Source: a virus. From it: a DNA stretch of 64,000 nt. Shown piece after piece: positions 59,039 through 64,000 of this stretch. The notes under the pieces are model-generated. The model was not told the origin of the DNA. It searched no databases and worked only from the letters and a program-made list of their open reading frames with translations. Both the position numbers and the translations under genes were made by a program. Location: IMG/VR virus record IMGVR_UViG_3300046782_000218, positions 1-64,000 of that record; one strand, written 5' to 3'. The first letter of the stretch is position 1. The number at the start of each line of letters is the position of its first letter.

Positions 59039-59206
59039 CTAATTGTCGGTCGACAGCACGTCAGCGACCGTGTCCACGATGTTGTTGACAGCGTCAACAA
59101 CGGAAATTCCCGCTGCATCGGCCGCTGCCTGGAGGTCCGACAGGGTAACGTGCCTGTCGTCACCATGACCAGCCTCGGGCTTATGACACCCGCAGCTCAG
59201 GCACAT
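59039..59206 (-). CDS. 55-aa MCxSCGC microprotein (absent from the ORF track)
   Basis: Hand translation MCLSCGCHKPEAGHGDDRHVTLSDLQAAADAAGISV...; GGAGG RBS; fills the gap before the protease. Confidence 0.65.
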   Translation of the reverse strand: MCLSCGCHKPEAGHGDDRHVTLSDLQAAADAAGISVVDAVNNIVDTVADVLSTDN

Positions 59207-59416
59207 ATTGCGCTCAACCTCCCGGGTCAGTCGTCTTCGTCGTCAGGTGGCGCAAGCTCGGTGTAGAGCAGCGTACGGGCCACCCATCGGTCATTTTCGA
59301 CCGGCAGTATGTAGCCAGCCCTGGTGTACGCTGCTCCGTGTTTGAACTTCACCTTTATGCCCGCGTCAGTGCATTTGTTCAACACGTCGGCAAGAGCAGT
59401 TAGCAGGGCAGCAGCG

Positions 59417-62400
59417 TCAGTCGCCGAGGATTCCCCGATAGACTCGCGGCCAGTCACCAGCCAGCTCCTCACGAATTGCCGGGTTATCTATCATGTCCTG
59501 CGGGGACCACCAGGCCAGAGCCTCGACGCTGTCACCGTCCGGATCGTCCGGGTTAGTTACACTGTCGAATCGGCCATCAAATATCGGCAGCTGATCCTCG
59601 TGGCTGATGAGGAAGATGAACCCTGCGTAGACGCCGTTCTCCGACAGCCATTGGCCGACCAACTTGGCGTCTTCCGGGAATATCATCCCGGTCTCTTCGG
59701 ACCATTCCCGAGTTGCTGCGGCTTGAGGCAGTTCGCCGTCTTCCAGGCACCCGCTTGGGAATTCCCAGCTACCGGCTGCCGGGTCGTCCTCGTCGTACGC
59801 TCGTTGGAGCAGGAGCACTCGTTCTGTGTCCTCGGCCACCACGCAGACACCGGCCGCTTTCGGACCTTCTGACTTGTCCTGATAGGCGTACTCGCTGGTT
59901 CCGGCGTCACCCTCAGTGCGCTGATACGAATGGGTTTCGTCCCAAGGGCCGTCCTCCGTGGGAACCTTGCCGACGTACGCCCTGACGGGTTTACCCACGA
60001 GCCGAGAAGCCAGGGCACGGTGGTGCCCATCAACAATTACGGCCTTGGACCGGCCTGGCTTCTCGACCAGCAGGATCGGCCGGAGATCCTCGCCATCGGC
60101 GAGTTTCCGAGCGAACTTGGCGACCTTTTTGGGCTCGTGGCTGGCTGCCCACGACTTGACATCTTCGAAGTCGATGTCCTCCGTGTTGACCTCTTCTGGA
60201 CCCCGCCACGGAATGGACGGTATCCAGGTCAGAGCGTGCGCCGGAAAATCGTCCTTCATGCTGTCCATCGGGCCGCGCCACGCGACCTGGTCAGCTCGCC
60301 CGCAATGCGGACAACCCGCGTCGTGCATCGTTGGGTCACGGAACATTTCGTCACAGTTGGGAGTGCCTTCATCAGACGGATAGAGAGTTCCGCTTGCGTC
60401 ACATCGGTAGCACTCGTGCCCGGTAACGTGTTCGCCCGTTCCGTTGCAGCAGTCACACAATGGACGCGCGTTCTTGTGCACTTCGGCGTCAATGAATAGA
60501 CCGCATATAACACACCTACTGCCAGCCTTAGGATTGCCAAACGAGTGGGCTACGTCCTGGGCGTCACCGGCTGTTCCGTCAATACCAGCTGCCAACCGTT
60601 GACGATCGCCGTCGTCTCCTGACGCCTCGTCTGCGCTCTTGGCGTGATAAATACCGTCAGCGTCGTGCGGAGCTAGGAACGGGCCGCCTCCGCCTGCCGG
60701 GTTGGACCAGGGCTTGACACCCTCTTCCGTCCAGAACTCGACGCCGTTGGTGTCAACCCACCTGGTGGCCATGGTCTGCCGGGCGGCTTCCTTGTAGCTA
60801 ACGCCCTCGTTCAGGAGCCGATAAAGCTCCAAGGTGTCGCCTGAGGTTACACTACGCTTGTTCCAGTCTTCCGGGGCGAGACCCTTGCTGAGGTGCCGAG
60901 CCAACGCCTCCATCTCGGAGTAAATCGTTCGGTACTTGGTGCTGGCCAGCAGGTCGCGATGGCTGGGGGGATTCGATACCGATGACAAAAACTGCTTGCC
61001 GTCGTCCGCTGACCCTCCGTGCAGAGCCTGCATTTCAGCCGTGTGGGTCCGGTAATAATCGGTCTCGGCCTGTTCCGACTGTGCCGGTTGGCCGTACCGA
61101 GTGACCTCGTCTTCCCGCTTGATGTACTCCAAGCTGCAGTTACAGTTTGGGCCACCGAGGCAGAAACCACCGAAACCGCTGTCACCCGGGTACCCAGGCA
61201 GACTGTCGAACGTGAACACCTGGCCGTCGCGGTTGACACACAGCATGCAGTTTTGTTCTACTATGCCGATGTGCCAAATGATGTCGTAGTCGCCGGAAGC
61301 CTGAACGGTCTTACCGAACGCCGCGTTATACGCCGCGATGAGAGACCGGCCGTAAAGGGCAAGACGACTCTTGAGCTTAGCCAGCGGGGTGGTTGAGTCG
61401 CTGCCGGACAGGTCCTTGAACAAACCCATCAGGAACGGTCGCTGAGATTCGGCCCGTGTACGGGCGTCGCTGGACATGTCAACCGCAGTAACTGCAGCTT
61501 TGGCCGCTGTGTGGTCGTGCTTGGCGTCGCGAGATGCAGCGCTCATCACGGAGTCGTAACCAGCCGCCAAGTGCTGCACGGCCAGGTCGGTGGCGGTATT
61601 GGCGTCGAACACTCCGTCCTGGAACTGACGAACCAATCGATCCAATGACGCAACTACACGGGCCGACGCTGTGTCTACCCGGGTGCCCCGCCGTGCCTGG
61701 TGGCGTGCTGCTGCCGGGTGCGGGGGCCGTGTGGTCTTCTGTGCCCCCGTCGTGACGCGGGAGGGGGCCGAGGAGGCACTCTCATGCCCCTCTGCGGCCT
61801 CATGCCCGGGAGACTGGGCAGAGGTCGCGGGAGACCCCCCCGGAGGCTTCTGGCCGCCGGGAGCTGACGAACCACCGCCGGGCGTAGCCGGTGCTCCCGG
61901 CTTGGGCGGACGTTCGCCGATACCGGCAGCAGCCAGAATGCCCGCTTGCCGAGCCTTCGAAGCTTCGTCCAGGGTGACAAAGCCGGTGGTTGTGGTGGAC
62001 CATCCAGGGTCGGACGTCTCGGGCAGCCCCCAAGGCTGCAGATTGAGTTCCTCGCGCGCCTCGTCAATCGACCGCAGGCCCGTGCTGACCTGTCTGGCCA
62101 GCATCTCGGTACGGGTGTTCTCGTCCTCTTCCTCGGCCTGACCTTCGAAGATGAACTGCATATCTTCTTGGCCGCAGATGCCCTGAATCACGGCGTTGAA
62201 TATGTCAGACAGGAAATTGAGAGTTGGCTTGGTGGCCTTGCGCTCCGAGATGGAGCTTGTCATCTTGGACATCTGGTTGGCCGCGCCGGGTGACTGCGTG
62301 GTGCTGACCTTGGGGGAAATTCCCAGCTCCATCGGCATAACGTCGAACGCCATGCACACCTGGTTCATCACCACTTCGTCAAACTGGTCAGCAATCTGCG

Positions 62401-63586
62401 GGGGCCGCTGAGGGTCCACCTTGCTGCCAGCCGGAAGAACCAGGATTTTGTGCTTCCATGCCGGGTCGCCAGCGATTGCGTTAAGCGCATCCTGTAGTTC
62501 CCGGATCTGGTTCGGTGTCATGGCGTTTGCGTCGCCCGGAGAAACGTACACTGCCGGAACAGTGCCTTCGCGGAAGTAATCGAGTTGATAACCTTGCTTC
62601 TGCAGACCGGCCATCACTGGGATCAGTGCACGTTCGATGGGCGGGAATCCGTACGGGGTCCATCTCCTCGGAGTCATCGGCAGGTAGACCATTTGGTCAG
62701 CCTTGAAACTGGCGACCTCGGCCCCAGTCAACCCGCCGTATTCGAGGTCTCTGTCCGTGACCAGGGTCATCAGGTCTACGCGAGGAACACCGTACAGGAA
62801 CTGCTGATAGGCCGGAGCCGGGGGCCGAGGGGTCTCGCCGTGCATGCCGAGCAGCGGCCGGATGGTCTGACCGGACAGCAGCGACAGTGAATCGAGATCG
62901 GACCCGAGCAGGCCGCGACCCTGGTTCTTGGCCCACTTGTTCCGGAACAGCAACGACAACGCGTCGAACACGAACACCTCTTCCATGAAGGCGTCGATGA
63001 ACGTGTTCCACGAGAAATAGTCGGGGTCCGGCTTCTTGAAAAACTTGACGGCCTGAGCCTTGCGTTCCCCGAAGTCGCGCATTGCCTTGGGGTCGCCCCG
63101 CATCGCTTTCGACGCTTCCTTGGTAGGCATGATGTCCCACTCAAGCGACCGAATCTCGGACTTCCGAAGTTGAATCGCTGCTCGGGCCACCGAGTACACG
63201 TCGGCCAGCGTACGCAGAGTGTTGAAGTCCGCCAGCTTGATGCCCTCGGAGCCAGGCTGGCCGACCGGAAGGTTCCACCCAACCTCGTACTGGAACAACC
63301 GGGGGTCAGGGAGGTTAGACCCCTCCGACGGTGCGTCTACCGGGACCGGAAGAATCGGACTGAACGGGCCGAAGGCGCCGTCTGTGAAGGTGTCCGCCGG
63401 GCGAGGAAGATACGACCGGTACGCACTGGACCAAGTGCCGGAGGAGCCCCCGGCGTCCAGCTCCCTGGCCAGCGGCGACAACGGGGCCGACCCGATCCCC
63501 GGCAGCCCCTGGTTGGCCGACGTAGGGCTCTGCTGGCCCGGTATGGCCTTGATGCTGCTGATTATCGACCCTCTAGCCACGGTCAC
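59417..63586 (-). CDS. Portal protein fused to MuF-like, Zn-finger, ParB/Srx-like and NUDIX domains
   Basis: Portal: PYGFPPIE, YFREGTVP, FDV.PMELG, SIDEAREEL.L.P; MuF-like: W....NC..C...DG.VF..PNCNC.L; ParB-like: PILL..IVDGHHRALA; NUDIX: WEFPSG..E.GE....AA.RE..EETG. Confidence 0.88.
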   Translation of the reverse strand: MTVARGSIISSIKAIPGQQSPTSANQGLPGIGSAPLSPLARELDAGGSSGTWSSAYRSYLPRPADTFTDGAFGPFSPILPVPVDAPSEGSNLPDPRLFQYEVGWNLPVGQPGSEGIKLADFNTLRTLADVYSVARAAIQLRKSEIRSLEWDIMPTKEASKAMRGDPKAMRDFGERKAQAVKFFKKPDPDYFSWNTFIDAFMEEVFVFDALSLLFRNKWAKNQGRGLLGSDLDSLSLLSGQTIRPLLGMHGETPRPPAPAYQQFLYGVPRVDLMTLVTDRDLEYGGLTGAEVASFKADQMVYLPMTPRRWTPYGFPPIERALIPVMAGLQKQGYQLDYFREGTVPAVYVSPGDANAMTPNQIRELQDALNAIAGDPAWKHKILVLPAGSKVDPQRPPQIADQFDEVVMNQVCMAFDVMPMELGISPKVSTTQSPGAANQMSKMTSSISERKATKPTLNFLSDIFNAVIQGICGQEDMQFIFEGQAEEEDENTRTEMLARQVSTGLRSIDEAREELNLQPWGLPETSDPGWSTTTTGFVTLDEASKARQAGILAAAGIGERPPKPGAPATPGGGSSAPGGQKPPGGSPATSAQSPGHEAAEGHESASSAPSRVTTGAQKTTRPPHPAAARHQARRGTRVDTASARVVASLDRLVRQFQDGVFDANTATDLAVQHLAAGYDSVMSAASRDAKHDHTAAKAAVTAVDMSSDARTRAESQRPFLMGLFKDLSGSDSTTPLAKLKSRLALYGRSLIAAYNAAFGKTVQASGDYDIIWHIGIVEQNCMLCVNRDGQVFTFDSLPGYPGDSGFGGFCLGGPNCNCSLEYIKREDEVTRYGQPAQSEQAETDYYRTHTAEMQALHGGSADDGKQFLSSVSNPPSHRDLLASTKYRTIYSEMEALARHLSKGLAPEDWNKRSVTSGDTLELYRLLNEGVSYKEAARQTMATRWVDTNGVEFWTEEGVKPWSNPAGGGGPFLAPHDADGIYHAKSADEASGDDGDRQRLAAGIDGTAGDAQDVAHSFGNPKAGSRCVICGLFIDAEVHKNARPLCDCCNGTGEHVTGHECYRCDASGTLYPSDEGTPNCDEMFRDPTMHDAGCPHCGRADQVAWRGPMDSMKDDFPAHALTWIPSIPWRGPEEVNTEDIDFEDVKSWAASHEPKKVAKFARKLADGEDLRPILLVEKPGRSKAVIVDGHHRALASRLVGKPVRAYVGKVPTEDGPWDETHSYQRTEGDAGTSEYAYQDKSEGPKAAGVCVVAEDTERVLLLQRAYDEDDPAAGSWEFPSGCLEDGELPQAAATREWSEETGMIFPEDAKLVGQWLSENGVYAGFIFLISHEDQLPIFDGRFDSVTNPDDPDGDSVEALAWWSPQDMIDNPAIREELAGDWPRVYRGILGD

Positions 63587-63595
63587 CTCCCTCGC

Positions 63596-64000
63596 TTATC
63601 GCTTGTACCAGGACCAAACTGTACTTACTCTCGCTGGGAACAGGTTGACGCTACTCCACTGCGCGGGAAGAGACGCCGTAGCAGCTCCGTCAATGGTCTC
63701 TCCAGCCTGAGCCGCCACGGTAACCGCGTTGGCACTGGCGTCGATCTTCTTGACAGTGTACACGTTGGGGGTCCATGCTGCGCTGATCAGCGTTATGGTT
63801 ACGGGACCGGCGGTGGCGTCCACCAAAACCGTGTCGTCCAGCACCGTTACCGTGTAGTTAGCAGAGTGTACGTTGGAGACGAAACCCTGCTGGCCGTTGA
63901 CTATCTTCAACCCAGTAGGGTTGGTGACGGTGATGGTGTCCACGCTGACCAGACCCACCAGGTTGATTTCTCCCAGTAGAGCGGCCAACCCCGCACCGGA
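63596..64000 (-). CDS. Small beta-rich virion-type protein, 5' end probably outside the window
   Basis: ANYT...D..VLVDAT.G.VTITL...VKKIDAS.N.VTV....GETIDG. Confidence 0.55.
   Translation of the reverse strand, partial: SGAGLAALLGEINLVGLVSVDTITVTNPTGLKIVNGQQGFVSNVHSANYTVTVLDDTVLVDATAGPVTITLISAAWTPNVYTVKKIDASANAVTVAAQAGETIDGAATASLPAQWSSVNLFPARVSTVWSWYKR

Noticed and set aside
3624-63979. Long plus-strand ORFs (e.g. 3624-4859, 11912-13258, 15182-16549, 18491-20098, 48749-50365)
   Set aside because: Antisense shadows of GC3-biased minus-strand genes, with no motifs or RBS support.
1-64000. Integrated prophage or att site associated with the tRNA-like elements
   Set aside because: No integrase, host genes or att duplication are visible in this window, so lifestyle cannot be determined here.

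Overview
A 64-kb segment of a GC-rich tailed (siphovirus-like) phage genome, probably infecting an actinomycete such as Streptomyces. Host is inferred from GC content, a DUF1906 endolysin and HrdB/sigma70-type promoters. Nearly all real genes are on the minus strand. In transcription order from the right end: portal fused to MuF-like, ParB-like and NUDIX domains; prohead protease/scaffold; capsid; head-tail and tail genes; tape measure; lysis/peptidase block; a Sak4-type recombination module (intein-containing Cas4-like nuclease, AAA_24 ATPase, DUF669) split by a ~2-kb array of aberrant tRNA-like and hairpin RNAs; primase and probable origin; DinG-like helicase; HNH; family A polymerase; RuvC-like resolvase; a 2-aminoadenine (Z-genome) cluster; and an array of promoter-gene-terminator cassettes. 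Main highlights: (1) the Z cluster has a PurZ0-type synthetase, a DUF1599 pyrophosphatase, an N-deoxyribosyltransferase-dUTPase fusion and its own PurB; (2) seven tRNA mimics keep acceptor and T arms but lack a canonical cloverleaf and alternate with long hairpins; (3) an 8-nt duplicated insert breaks the polymerase ExoI motif; (4) the portal carries enzyme domains. All family calls are motif recognition by eye, not database searches.
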